The notes under the pieces were generated by a model that saw only the letters and a list, made by a program, of their open reading frames with translations, ran no database searches and was not told the DNA's origin. A DNA stretch of 64,000 nt, from assembly GCF_009914755.1 (NCBI RefSeq), contig NC_060935.1. The stretch is one strand, 5' to 3'. Positions within the stretch are counted from its first letter, which is position 1. Each line of letters starts with the position of its first letter. Below, one piece after another: positions 35,131 through 63,859 of this stretch. This stretch comes from the human T2T-CHM13v2.0 reference genome, Homo sapiens. The translations under genes were made by a program, and so were the position numbers.

Positions 35131-36611
35131 ACCACTAAGTCACACTGATCAGAACTGCTGTGTGAGGATGAGAAGATTAGGAAGTGAAGTCGTTTGAGTT
35201 TTAGGATGGCATAAGACTGATCAGTGGTGTTCATCTTAGATCTAGTGGAAAATCTTCAGTATACCATGGCCTTGAATACTGAAGTAAACTAAGTGAGGGT
35301 AATGATTCAGTCCATTTTTATCAATACATGCCTAAAAGTCACAGGTCATTTATATCATCATAGGTCATATTACATTATATTGTAAATGTCTGTGTGAGTC
35401 TTTATCTTTCTGCCCATGGTATCTAGTACACAGGAACTCAATAAGTTTTTGTGTAATCAAACTGAAATGACTAGCTGCCAACCAGACAATTCTGTTCACC
35501 CTTAGCAGTGGCAGGTTTAACATTCCAGGATTTGACTGTTCAAGAATGATTCCAAAGGTCTATGATATCATTTATAATTGCTGAGTCATGAATGTGAATC
35601 ATGCTGTGAGGCTGGTACACTAGAAAAAACTCTTAGCTATTGAGTGAGCTTAGTTCATTGCTAAATATCTTCATCTCAACACAGCTTCATTGTTCTCGGC
35701 CTATTCAAGTGTGAAATCTCAGTAGTGAAATCTTATGAAAGGGCCACTTAATTTCCATGAAAACAGGCTACAATGGTGCATGTCAATAATAAAACTTCTG
35801 AAGATCTCAGGATCTATCTCTGTGGCTAAGTAAAAGAGGCAGAGTTGTGTGCCTAAGCTTCCACTTGGAAAAACTGCTGAAAATGTCACTGTCTGAGGGA
35901 TGCTCTTAGGCTGGACTTTGAAAAGCGAAGACACAGCTCTGTGGAGTACTGCTGGACAGGCATCCAGCCTCCTCTTCCATTCCGCACTTGTGTGGCCAGA
36001 CTATAGACTCCTAGCCCCATGCCAGAGAAATACCCTGGGTGCAGAGCTGGAACACAAATCCTAAAAAGTAGCCAACAGTTATAATTTGTGCTTATCTCTC
36101 ATGACTACTCACAGTCCCTTCTTAAGGGCTCTGTTGACAAGTAAAAATAGAACCAATGATAAAGCTTTGGTCTATTGGTCCATTTTACCTTTTCAATACA
36201 AAGTTATGCTTGTACTCAAGAGGATCTTGGGTCATTGTATCTATTTAACTGTATTTTCATTTTACTTTTATTATTATTCATTCATTTAAATTGACAAATG
36301 TTCAGGGCAGCCAAATCTATTTTATAAAACGGTAGGAATAATAATAGAGCACATTAACTTTCAGTGTCCATTTTATAGTCTATAGGAAAAGCACTGGGTT
36401 CAAACTTTAATGTCCTCTGTCTTTTTTTTTATAGTAAGTGGCATATTATGATTTATGATTATAGTCTAAAATATGCCAGGTGATTCTGCAAAGGAAGATC
36501 ACAGACTAAGAATACCTAAAATAAAAGTCACATTTAGTAACCATTTATTTCCAGTTACAAGGAAATGGAAGATAAATCATTTGAAATCACTCTGCTTAAA
36601 ATCTGTTACAG

Positions 36612-36728
36612 GAGGAAGTCTAACAGGAGCTGTATTTAATCCAGCTTTGGCACTTTCGCTACATTTCATGTGTTTTGATGAAGCATTCCCTCAGTTTTTT
36701 ATAGTATACTGGCTGGCTCCTTCTTTAG
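36612..36728 (+). CDS. AQP11: Aquaporin-11 exon 2 (117 nt)
   Basis: ACAG|GAGGAAGT...TTAG|GTAAGC; GGSLTGAVFNPALALSLHFMCFDEAFPQFFIVYWLAPSL; phase matches exon 1. Confidence 0.97.
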
Positions 36729-37159
36729 GTAAGCGTATTTTTATTTAATATGTCTGAAAGATTAGGGTATTTTAAAATATGATATGTGTATATCATTGTA
36801 ACATGTCAATTTCCAAAGCCACAGCAGGCACAAAACAGAAAATGAAAAAGGTAGCTAACATGCCTGAAATAATACTTTGTGTAGTATCCTTTAAAACTGT
36901 TAAAGGTAGTCAGTTTCAGATATGCTATCACTTTAAGAAACCTTAGATCTGAGCACCAAAAAAGCAACGAGTGCTTACTTCCCTTCAAAAATAATCTTTT
37001 TTTTTTTGCTAAAGAAATTTGTTTTTTCACATTTGTGAGCTCCAGATAAAGTATCATTTAGTTCATTTGACTCATTTTGCAGAACAGCATCTCATGAAAC
37101 AATGAATACCTGTATTAAGTATAGTTTAAAAATTATCCACATTACATTCCTGTTATTTT

Positions 37160-38307
<1,148 letters not shown>

Positions 38308-38450
38308 TTAACAAACAAGGTCACTAGTTGGGCAGGCCTACAGGTAGTTTTTATATGAAAAAATTCCCCCAGTATGTCTGGAGACTAACATATATTAACA
38401 TGATTTATTTGTTAGCGTGCTCCAACTACTATTGTAACAGTAGGCTAAGG

Positions 38451-38775
38451 CAAAGGTCCCCAAACCCCAGGCTGCAGACCAGTATAGTCCGTGGCCTGTT
38501 AGTAACCAGGCCGCACAGCAGGAGGTGAGTGGCAATCAAGCTTACAAAGCTCCGTCTCCTGTCAGATCAGCGGTGGCATTAGATTCTCATAGGAACGTGA
38601 ACCTTACTGTGAACTCAGCATGTGAGCAATCTAGGTTACACACTCCTTATGAGAATCTAACTAATGCCTGATGATCCAAGGTGGAACAGTTCCATCCCAA
38701 AACCATGCCCCCAGTCCATGGAAAAACTGTCTTCCAGGAAACCGGTCCCTGGTGCTAAAAAGGTTGAGGATCTCT
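38451..38775 (+). mobile_element. MER1B-like hAT DNA transposon
   Basis: GTCCGTGGCCTGTTAG; GTCAGATCAGCGGTGGCATTAGATTCTCATAGG; AAACCGGTCCCTGGTG. Confidence 0.85.
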
Positions 38776-38832
38776 GTGTTAAGGAATTATTTCATCCATT
38801 ACTTGAAAGAACATTAAAAAGTAGCCAGGTAG

Positions 38833-41690
<2,858 letters not shown>

Positions 41691-42351
41691 TTTGTATTAT
41701 ATTTCAGATTTAAACTTCCACCATCGACTGAAATTTTGTTTAGATATTTTATTTGCTTGACACATCTCTAAAACCAGTTAATGGTCAGTTAAATAAGGTT
41801 GAGATAAAAATGAAAAAACTGTTAATAGTTGAGATTAATGAAAAAAGAGAGACTGGAGAAAGTAACCTAACATTGTTTTTATTTGAACATTCTAAGTGAA
41901 AACTCCGAGTGCTTTCAGTTGCTTTATTCTCTAGGTATGTCCCTGGGGCACGGAGGAAAAGGAGAGTGTTACCATTTTAAAGAGGAGAAAATGAAGACCC
42001 AAGTCTAGAACTAAAGAGCCAGAACTAAAACTACATCTTTGGATTTAGTTTATCCTTTGAATTCATTGTTTAGATCCTATTGGTTTTACCAAATGCATAC
42101 TGTGTTTAAGGATTCACAGTTGAAGAAAAAATAATCTGAGAATAATAGATTTAAATCTGATATTAGATTTAAATCTGAGAATATTAGATTTAAATATCTA
42201 ACATGTTTCACGTAGAATTGATGTAGCCAATTCTTTAAGCATGGCTTTCCAAACATCTAGGTATATAATTGTAATTTTAAAATATACCCACCTAGTGATT
42301 ATGAACCTCCTTAAAGATTGTTTTTTTATTTTACTGTATTTTGTCTTTCAG

Positions 42352-42431
42352 GTATATTGTTGATGATTTTGATGTTCAGCTTTTTCCTTCCATGGCTGCA
42401 TAACAACCATACAATTAATAAAAAGGAATAA
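42352..42431 (+). CDS. AQP11: Aquaporin-11 exon 3 coding part (80 nt); total CDS 816 nt = 271 aa
   Basis: Polypyrimidine tract TTGTCTTTCAG|; GILLMILMFSFFLPWLHNNHTINKKE-TAA. Confidence 0.96.
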
Positions 42432-43067
42432 CTGTTCCAAAGACTCAGACTAACATACAGGACAGTCCAGCTGGATGTGATAAAGATTTTATCACCTCAT
42501 ATGGAAAACACCGGCTGCACTGGATTCATCAGTGTTAACTTCCTTTGAGGAAGCTGCCTTATAGTTTTCATCACTGGGACTTTAAAAAAAAATTACTGTG
42601 AAAATGAGGTATTCTGTACTTCTCAGTTAAGACTTGTTCTTTGAGTGATGTATTAAATGCTGCTAGAAAAGCCTCATTACATTAAATATAAATCAATCTT
42701 AAATGATAATTGTTAACTTTGATGAAAAACGAGTACAGGATGAGAAGGGAAGTAAAGGTGATAGTAAGATCAACGAATTTGTGTATCAAGTGTCACCCAA
42801 ATGAACAGAATTTTTAACTATAAAAGTACAAGGCGTCAACTTACAGAACTGGGGAGAGGATACTTTCAGCCACCACCTCACAAAATGATACCATCAAGCA
42901 GTGTCATCTTTCAACAGGAAAGTTGCTTTTAGAAGTAGAATATATATTCACTCACATGCAAGCGATTTCCTACATTTTAAGTACATTAAAATCTAATACC
43001 TAAAATAGTTTCTCTAAATAGACAATCTCACTAGCTCCAGCCAAGTGGTTATTCTTTAATAGAATAT

Positions 43068-43073
43068 AATAAA
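43068..43073 (+). terminator. AQP11: Candidate AQP11 poly(A) signal
   Basis: First AATAAA after the stop codon; ATTAAA alternatives near 42653, 42681, 42985 and 43451. Usage is not determinable from sequence. Confidence 0.4.
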
Positions 43074-43531
43074 ACAAAACACCCATACAAAGTCAGGATT
43101 TAAGCTTTTCACATTCTCCTTTGAACCAACAGCTAGCTACCTTATGAAGTAGGGAGGGCATGTATTTTTAATCTCCATTTTACAGATAAGGAAACTAAGC
43201 CTAGATGGGTTTGCTGCCCTGGCTTAGATCACATAGAGCCAAATACCATCTCTAGTCTTCAACTTCAATCCAAAAATTCTTCTCGGTCACGATTATGACT
43301 AAAGGGAAATCAAGGGTTCATAGAAACATTAAATACTTTATAATAACGTTAAAACTTGTTTAGAAATTAACTAGTATTTTTTGAGGTTTAAAGAACCTTC
43401 CAGTTTTACTATATTAGAAGGCTTCTTTTATTGTATGCGGTCTAATTTTTATTAAAAGTTCAGGCCATGAAAGGTTAAGTATGTATCCCTTCAAAGGAAA
43501 TTCCATTATCAGAGTTAGAATTGAAAGTAAA

Positions 43532-44159
<628 letters not shown>

Positions 44160-44559
44160 CTAAATGCAGTCTCTGACTTATTTTATTTGGCCTCACAGTA
44201 GTTTTTTTAAAAAGTCGAAATTAAGTAAAATCCATAGTTCTAGCTGCTCTTAGAAAAACTCCAAAGACCTTGCAATACTAGGCCTGAATTCTGCCATACA
44301 ACACAAAATAATGGTTGTTCCCTTTAAAATGGTCCCGTCTTGCAAACATGAAGCTAAGTTTCACTTACTGTTTCATGGCTGTTTTTCTTATAGGAATATG
44401 CCTTTTTACATCTCTAGCATGAGGACTTCTGTGGGTTAAGAAAAATGAGTATTAATTTGTGAAAATGCCTAGCCCTCTGAACTTCCACTGTCAGACTTTG
44501 GAGTTTGTGAGTTCTGATGACACTGCTACCTCTATAGCCCTCTCAAGTAGTGGCTCTTT

Positions 44560-45260
44560 TCTCTCCCACACCTAGTATACCACTGTGCCTGGAGGCAGAG
44601 TAGATTTCCTTGTCCTCAATGTCCTCAATGGATGCTTGTCCTCATGGGATGCTGCTCATCCATTCTCCTCTGCTTCTTCCATTAAAAACATGTCATCAGT
44701 TACCTGGGTACTTGTTGCAGTCTTCTAGTATACAGTCCCCTCAATTTCCCTTTGTTCCTTTCAGATCTTAGTTCCTGTCTCACTCTCTACCATCACCACA
44801 GTTATACTTCTTGGTGACAGATACAAAGATGATCCTTCCAGCTGCACGGCCTTGGAGTTCACTGGATCTCTCCTTTGAAAATTTTGTCTTCTACTTTGCC
44901 TCAGCTGCAATTTTGGTGGTAACTTTGAACTTACTTACTACCAATAACTGAAATCTTCTATGAACTCAGACACCCTACTCTCTAACCACTGACCCCTTTT
45001 CAGCTCAGTCTCTCTAGGACCCCATCTCCAGTGATCCTTTGACCCCCATGTGGAACTTCTGTCCACTGATAACACCACTTTTTCACATCTCTCACCCCTC
45101 TCAAGTACCCTCTTCTCCTTAAGCAGCTTACTTGGCCAGTCATCATCACATGCATACACCCTTAACTCCCTTGCTCCTCTATCTCATACTCACAGAGCTT
45201 AGCCTCAACTTGATTAAATCCAACTGTTTGCTTATTCCATGCCTGCACTTGTGCAATAGA
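44560..45260 (+). mobile_element. L2 remnant
   Basis: C/T-rich degraded sequence with CCCTTAACTCCCTTGCTCCTCT-type L2 motifs. Confidence 0.55.
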
Positions 45261-45584
45261 ATAGCAGCTTTTTTTTTTTTTTTTAAAGATTTGGGGTTGT
45301 AGTAGACAGCTGTACATTTTTTGCAATCCAGCATCTAAGCATCCTTCTTACCTGGGGTACTGTGAGCATCTGCACAGCAGCAGCGTCCTTCCACTGTAGA
45401 AGCTGAAAGGCCCAGATACTCCTTCTGCCCTTGGCAATGAAGACACACAGTGCCAACCAGAAGTTTGCATCTTAAGTGTGGTGACTCACAGACACAGGGA
45501 CAATCAAGAAATCAGTCTAACAGCAGCGGAGGAATCATAACATCTTATGTAGATTTCATCTTTTTATGAGCCTGGCTTATTTCA

Positions 45585-46004
<420 letters not shown>

Positions 46005-46822
46005 TTATGAACATAAACTGCTACACTGTCCTCATTTGTACTGTTTAGAGGCTTAGACTGCTATATTTTGTGGGAATATATGTTTACCTTTTTTCATAAT
46101 TCTGTCAGCTATTTACTGCTGCTACTGATAGAACTACCTTTTTCTCCTTGTCAAACCCATTGTGTGCCTAGAAACTAGATATTCAAGTACATCAGACCTG
46201 TTTGTAGAGCAAGAGTAGAGATTTGCAGTGAAAGCCTGAGGTCCTGAGAAATAAGTATAGATTTCATGATGTCTAATTGCTCAGTGGATTTTTAAACTTC
46301 AAGCTAATCAGATGTATTCTAAACAGTGAGTTGATAAATTTGTAGCTGCTGCTTTCTGTTATGAAAAGGATTACTACTATTAGTAAAAACTATCATCTAT
46401 TGAGCTATATTCTAGGCACTGTTGTTCTAAGTGCTTTACATGTACTAGTGATTCATGTAATATCCAAAATAATCCATTTTTTTCATTTGAAATTATGAAG
46501 TTCCCCTAGATACTGATTTTACTTATGTAAACATGAGCAGAGTGAGATGTTAGTGAAAATATGTTCCAGCTCCTTCATAAAGGGATGGCAACAATTCTGT
46601 GAGGATCCCCATGAGAGACAATGCTTAGAATTCAGTTATTGGTCACAAAAGATGAGTCCCAGATATGGATTCATCCATTCTATACTTTTAAAACAGGATG
46701 TGCATGATAATCAGGTATGTAATAGTGAACCCATCTGAAATCCTGCAGATAAATTCTAAGTATCTATTATTTCTGAGCAGTAAGTAATCATACCTGCCTT
46801 CTTCTAAAAGTAAAGGACTATA

Positions 46823-47050
46823 CAGATTGAATATCCCTTAAGCAAAATTATTGGGATCAAATGTATTTCAGATTTTGGAATGTTTTTAAAATTTTGGAAT
46901 AATTCGCATTATACTGGTTAAGCATCCCTAATCCAAAAGTCTGAAATCCAAAATGCCCCAATGAGCAGTTCCTTTGAGCATCATGTTAGCACTCAAAAAA
47001 GTTTCAGATTTTGGGGAATTTCAGATTTCAGATTAGGAATACTCAACCTG
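46823..47050. mobile_element. Tigger4-like (TcMar) MITE
   Basis: TIRs CAGATTGAATATCCCT / AGGAATACTCAACCTG flanked by TA duplications. Confidence 0.85.
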
Positions 47051-47139
47051 TATATTATGATCATCTGCACATAATCTCTCACCTTTACCAATATTGAGGA
47101 AGCTCCTAACAGAACCTCAAAAATACATAACCACATAAC

Positions 47140-47700
<561 letters not shown>

Positions 47701-49204
47701 GGACCATATCTTAATGAATACATTTTTTAAATGAAGAACCTAGAACAGAGAACCATTAACCCTAGCTTTTAGGAACATTTAGATGACTTACATTTTGGAG
47801 GGGAAATGTCTATGTACCTTTAAAGTGTCTCTACATCAGGAACACACAAAGAAAACAATTCCAGCAACCCTAAAATTAGGCTCAAATGAAATCAATAAAT
47901 ATTGTCTGGCTGATCATTATAAATTTTATCTTTTAAAAGCCTGACCTGCTCTTTTTTCTCAGCTTCTATTTTCTCAATGCTACGGTTCTAACTATCTAGT
48001 GAATGTTACAGCTCAATCTTTGAAAGTCACTTAGTCTAATGAGGAAATAAGCCCAGAGAGGTGCCCACATGCTTTGGTCTCCTGCCTTTTTGCATATTGC
48101 ATTGACCACAGCAACACCAACAAGAAACCAAGTACACTCTGAATCTTCTCGACATTTTGCTATCAGAGCAATTTATGTTCATGGAAAGTCACAATTATAA
48201 ATTTGTTCCTTTTAAAAGGAACTCAAATGGAATTTCTAATATTAGCCTGTGAGAATGTCCTGACTGATTACTGAAGAATGGACAAACTTCTAGGATAGAA
48301 TTATGGGTGTTGCTCAGATGGGTAGCAGAGAAACTGGGGAAGCTCTTGTACTGGCCATTGAAATGTTAACACTGAAACCCTGCAGCAGTGGGGAGAGTGT
48401 GCATGCTTTCTGCTGCTGGTAGGTGGTAAGGCTGTATGATGTTTTAAAGCACAGGCTCAAAAATCACAATTCACTATCTACATGACCTTAAGCAAGTTAT
48501 TTTACCTCTCTCTATAACTCAGTTTCCTCAACTATAAAGTGGGATAAAAGCGTATCTCATAAGATAATTAAGAATATTATAATACATAATAAAGAACTCA
48601 GGACAGTGGCTAGTACAGAGGTCTCAGTAAATTTTAGTTTCCATTTCAAGTGGCTGTTTTACTTGCCTATTGTTAACAGACTCAGAAATTCTGAGAGTCT
48701 GGTTAGAAAAAGGAAAATTCGTTTTTTTTCAGTCTACCTTGCAAGATAAGGGAAACCAAGTGACAGTGCTGAAATGAACACTGGGCTGAGTGGTACCAAA
48801 CATCAGTTTAGTCACTAATTAGCCATGTGATCCTGTTAAGAAGGTTAGCTTGTATAACCTTATTTTTAAGGACACATAATGATTTCAAAAGTCCAAGTAT
48901 AAATCAGTAATTACAAATCAGCCTTATAATACCCAGGTATCTATGAAAACTAAAAATTGAGAGTTGATAAATATAAGAAATTACTGCTGATCTAAAAGGA
49001 AGTGGCAGAAATCCCCTGAAATGTGTTAAATCTTTGCCTTACTAAATACTTGCCAGAAGCTATAACTATATTTTCTTATTAATTTCATGTTCATCTTCTC
49101 AACAAGTAAACAAAAATAAAGCCAACAAAATTCTCATATTTGCCAGCATTATTTTTTAAAAAACATTTCTCATTAATGGTTTTAGTCAAGAATGAGAGCA
49201 AAGT

Positions 49205-49748
49205 AATATAGAAAACCTAGGTTTATTTGTTAAGCTATTACAAAAACAAAACAATTACCATTTGAAGTACTTTGAGGACTTCATCCCAGACTCACTTGTT
49301 CTGTTACAGAAACTAACCTAAAAGGCTGGAAATTAAAGGATACAACCTAAGAGGTTATAACAGCAGACTGGTAAAACATGGCGAAAGGAGCTCTCTCTTT
49401 CCCCCGCAGTCTACCAAGCTCCTGTGCATTTTCACCACATAGATCTGCTAGCTTACAAATGATGCACACAGTCAAGGTAGGAATTATAGGCCTACTCAGA
49501 GGGTACCCAGACACAGAAAGTTTTAGGGTAAATAGTAAACTACAAATACCCTCTTGGTTAAGTTAATTCATCAAGTTAATAAAGGTCATATTATCTATCT
49601 TCTGCTGGTGACAACTTGTTGTCTCAGTATAGTCTGTCTCAAGAAAGAACTGGTTCAGGTTGGGTTTTGGAAAAGGAAAAAGACTTTCATTAACTTCACT
49701 CCAGAGTGGAAGAGGCACCAAGTTCTCTCCTACACTTAGGAGCAGAAT
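49205..49748 (-). other. CLNS1A: CLNS1A last exon (3'UTR only)
   Basis: Minus-strand acceptor TTTGTTTTTCAG| at 49749; unique non-repeat sequence; AATAAA near the end. The 3' end is approximate. Confidence 0.75.
49222..49227 (-). terminator. CLNS1A: CLNS1A poly(A) signal
   Basis: TTTATT on + = AATAAA on -, with U-rich sequence downstream. Confidence 0.7.
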
Positions 49749-49789
49749 CTGAAAAACAAAAGGTTTACAGTGTTTACAGTAGTGATAAT

Positions 49790-49990
49790 AATAATAGCTA
49801 CTACTTATTGAATGCCTAGTCACGAGTGCCAGAGGACTTAGGTACATTTTATCTTAGCCTCTGCAACAACCCTGCAAGGTAGGTATTATCCTCCCCATTT
49901 TACAGATGGGGGAAGTGAGGATTAAATAAGTTATATGCCTTGTCCAAAGGTGTACACAAGTATGTGGCAGAGTTGTGATTCCACGATTAA
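49790..49990. mobile_element. MIR
   Basis: ACAACCCTGCAAGGTAGGTATTATCCTCCCCATTTTACAGATGGGGAAGTGAGG core. Confidence 0.8.
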
Positions 49991-50139
49991 CGTGCCGTCT
50001 CCACCCCACCTCATGCACTGAGAAGTCCTAGTTCCATTATCCTGAAATTATTAACAGTTGCATAAACTACTCTTAATTATTTATTCCTTATTCATTCTTT
50101 TAAAGCATGTACAATTTTAAATGATTAAAAATTTACACA

Positions 50140-52580
<2,441 letters not shown>

Positions 52581-52679
52581 AGAATTTTAAAAAGTAGAAA
52601 GTAATCATTTCATATGATTTTCATGATCAGCGACAAGGGAGAAAATGAACTACTCACCTTAAACTTGCATAAATCATTT

Positions 52680-52747
52680 TCAGTGATCAACATCTGCATC
52701 CTCAAACTGTCCAGCAACTGTTGGTGTGGTATCCACCTCCATCCCAT
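52680..52747 (-). CDS. CLNS1A: CLNS1A exon 6 coding part (exon 52658-52747)
   Basis: DGMEVDTTPTVAGQFEDADVDH-TGA; donor AAG|GTGAGT 22 nt after the stop. Confidence 0.96.
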
Positions 52748-53195
52748 CTAAACAAAAAAATTAATTACTGAGCAATCCCTATGAACACTTCAGACAGGTA
52801 GATTCAACTTATAACTTCTACCAGAAGGAAGCTAGTGCCCTCTGCTGGTAAGAATTGCTTTTTCCTCTTTTTGGAAAAGTCTGAAGGGACAAACTGAGAA
52901 AGAAAATGCTACCTGGGGATTTAGGCCACATCAAAATCAGTCTGCGACACTAACTGTGTAAATTCTCACCCTCAATACTAAAATAACTCTATGTAGGAAC
53001 TTTCAAATGCAGTATCAATTGTTCACCCTTTACAGATCTAAGTATTTACTGTTAGGCTTTTTAAGGTATACAGCCCTATCCTCACAAAGTGAAAAGACAA
53101 AAATCAGTACAGCAAGCTTTTTGCTTATTTCCCTGTTTTTGTCATCTCATTAAATAAAAGGTGGGGAGGGAACAAGAGAAAAAAAACAAGAGCCC

Positions 53196-55240
<2,045 letters not shown>

Positions 55241-55549
55241 AGATGCAACAGTAAATTAATAGTGGATATCTCTCAGTTAGAATTACACTTGTTTCTTTTT
55301 CACTTCTACTTTCTTGCGCACATTAAAAAAATTTTTTTGACTATGAACAAAGACTTTTTTGGTAATGAGGAAAAAAAATCACTAAAAACAAATGACATAA
55401 GCATTCCTATACTATGTAATTCTGTATCTGCTTCCTATACTATAGAGAGTCAATTCTTTCTCTTAGTTATTAAAAGAACTTCTATTGACTATCCATAACT
55501 TATTGCCCAAGTGCTCATCTGACTGTTCACACTGCAAAAGGACACTCAC

Positions 55550-55723
55550 CTTCATAATCTCTTATTGAATCTTCTGTCCTGACCCCAGCCATATTATACT
55601 GGCTGCTCACAGACTGAGAAAGCATTCCTTCTAATCTCTCCAGTGTGGCTTGGCCTTCTGCTGTTAGATGGGATAATCCTTCTTCATAGGTGTAAAATGT
55701 AGGGATGTCCCCCTGTCCTTGTT
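55550..55723 (-). CDS. CLNS1A: CLNS1A exon 5 (174 nt)
   Basis: EQGQGDIPTFYTYEEGLSHLTAEGQATLERLEGMLSQSVSSQYNMAGVRTEDSIRDYE; AG/GTGAGT boundaries. Confidence 0.96.
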
Positions 55724-55784
55724 CTAAACAAACAGAAAACTTTAAAGTTTAAATACAACAATTAGAAAAAACAAAATGGAATCA

Positions 55785-57907
<2,123 letters not shown>

Positions 57908-58013
57908 TTACAGTCATATAAAGAACTATAATCCTCTACCCTTAATACAAATAAATGCTTAAAATGAAACACTAAACAAACAAAAAAACCACTTTAAAAT
58001 CCATTTCACTAAC

Positions 58014-58121
58014 CATGTGCTTCCACATCATATTCTTCTCCATCGTAGTCATCTGAATCCTCATCCTCAGGATCTGGATGCAAGGCCTGGCATTCGCACA
58101 TTGCAGTGAACATTGCCTCCA
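58014..58121 (-). CDS. CLNS1A: CLNS1A exon 4 (108 nt)
   Basis: LEAMFTAMCECQALHPDPEDEDSDDYDGEEYDVEAH; AG/GTTAGT boundaries. Confidence 0.96.
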
Positions 58122-58681
58122 CTGAACAAGGAAATTAAACTGTAACCAATCTTTTTTTGTAATAAAAGTAACCATCAGTGCAAATAAATTTAATGGGTAC
58201 ACAAAACGCCACAGTATTTACAAAATCTGCCAAATTGTAAGATCAATCTTGAAAGCGGTTGAAGCAAAAGACAAGTCATAAAATAATAAGAGTTCATTAT
58301 GAGAGATCATTGCAATCTCTTCATGGCTCGTGGGATTTTCCAAGAAAAAAGGGTCAGAGTCCTGGTAAGACTGCTGGCATCAGGGTGAAGGGTGAAGACT
58401 GCTCTCAGCTGATAGGGCTCTTTCCAGCCATCCTGAGATCTTCCACTTTAAAACTGCCATAACTCCTCTGCCATCCAGCAGGTGAGATTAAGTCAACAGC
58501 ACCAATCAGTAAAACTAACCAGAGTCCACTCACAAAATATACCCAGATGACAGAGTGTCTACAATATTCTCACTACATTCACAACCTTTGATATTAATAG
58601 GTATTTGGTCCTTAATGATATTACCAATGCTAAAATAAAGAAAAAGCAATAGAATGGAGGTAATGGTGGTAAAGGTGAGAG

Positions 58682-58711
58682 GTGTGTGTGTGTGTGTATG
58701 TGTGTGTGTGT
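58682..58711. repeat. (TG)n / (CA)n microsatellite in CLNS1A intron 3
   Basis: Directly visible. Confidence 0.92.
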
Positions 58712-58767
58712 CAATTGGGAATGCTTGGTATGTAAAAGGGGAAGAATCAATACTGTAGAACACTCAC

Positions 58768-58869
58768 ACGCTGATTTATCACTAGGCACAAATCTAAATT
58801 CAGTAATAGGTTCAACATCATCATCACTGTCTTCCTCTTCTTCATCAGCAACAGGTTCTTTTGATTCTT
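58768..58869 (-). CDS. CLNS1A: CLNS1A exon 3 (102 nt)
   Basis: EESKEPVADEEEEDSDDDVEPITEFRFVPSDKSA; AG/GTGAGT boundaries. Confidence 0.96.
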
Positions 58870-59169
58870 CTAGAAAATAAAATACCCTTTTAATGTCATT
58901 ATTTGACTTTAAAAAAATGAAGCATATTGAAAATCTGAATATTGCAATTCAATTTTAATTTCCAATTATGGTTGACAAATTTATTTCCAATTATGGTTGA
59001 AAAATTCTGATTATACAGTGAGCATCCTAGAAAAGCCTTGCCTCGATCTCCTGACCTCGAGATCCACGCACCTTGGCCTCCCAAAGTGCTCCCTCCGCGC
59101 CTCACCGGGAATGAATTTTTAAGGTTATTTTTAAGGTAATCTAATCTCATCAACAATGAGCTAAGGGTC

Positions 59170-62743
<3,574 letters not shown>

Positions 62744-62812
62744 TCAAAGACTCTTTTTTAAAATATAATTTGCTATCAAAGGAGGCATTAGATTAAATTA
62801 CACCATACATAC

Positions 62813-62949
62813 CTTCAAATTTGGCATTCACCATAACATACAAATGCTCTCCTAGACAGTCACTTCGGTCCCTGGATAATGCATGTAAACTAATGGTGGG
62901 GTATTCCAGTGAGAATCCTAATCCAGAGCCATCTAACCAAGACAGGCGG
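62813..62949 (-). CDS. CLNS1A: CLNS1A (pICln, methylosome subunit) exon 2 (137 nt); exon 1 is outside the window
   Basis: RLSWLDGSGLGFSLEYPTISLHALSRDRSDCLGEHLYVMVNAKFE; AG/GTATG boundaries; phases are consistent through exon 6. Confidence 0.96.
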
Positions 62950-63859
62950 CTGAAAAACATGTTTTAAGTAGATTATTTTTAGAAAGTAAATCCTCATGTA
63001 AGACCACAAAGTATATAAAAGTTCAGCTTGGACACCTTTATGCATATAAATAAATTCAAGTTTACTTTTTTAGAAACGTTCATAAAATAAGAAAATTCAG
63101 TAGTGGAAACTGAGTTTTCTTTAAGATCAATTCTGTTACGGTCTCTTTCCCTCTAGCTATAAATTCAAACAGACTTGAAATTCCATTTTCCTCAGTCACA
63201 TGTATGTTTCTATGACTTTCATGCTTACTCTTTTTTGGTATGTCTTCAAATACCCTCTTTGCTTTTGCAAATCCTCCCCTCTTCCATGAGGCCTCCCTTC
63301 AACTACACCAGTCCATAAAGATCTCTTCCTTTTCTGATTTGCAAATTTTAGCACTTAACTCTGTGGTAATGAGTCTTATATGTGCCCTTATGGAATGTGA
63401 ACTATCGGACAGCAGAACTTGTCACATTCCTTTATTAACATCCTTCAAAACCGTTAACAAAGAGCTCAGGAGTTAAGTATGCAATAAATCCTTGGTAATC
63501 ATGCATTTCTCCATGAATCCTACACTAAAAGACATATATATGAAATGGCTGTAATCACACTCACCGCAAGTCAGGAAATAATTATTACCCTGAGAGACAG
63601 ATTCCCTGAAGCCTTTCATTTATTCAACGTCTTTAAGAGAAAGCCACAGAAAAGCTAGATCTAGTTTTCCCTCAAATGTGGTCAAATGCAAATATTTTAT
63701 TGGTGTAACAAAGGAAACACATCACCAAAATCAGTATTTTGAGCTTTCAGTAGAGGCTAGCTAATTTTCTGATAATACTTCATCCATCTGGAGCTGTACC
63801 ACTTAGCAGAAAAAAAGTAAAAAATCCTGAAGAAGTCAAAAAAAAAATGTTAATGCAAT

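Noticed and set aside
36473-36611. ATG-initiated 5' extension of AQP11 exon 2 (ORF 36473-36748)
   Set aside because: Intronic open frame upstream of a good acceptor; no promoter evidence
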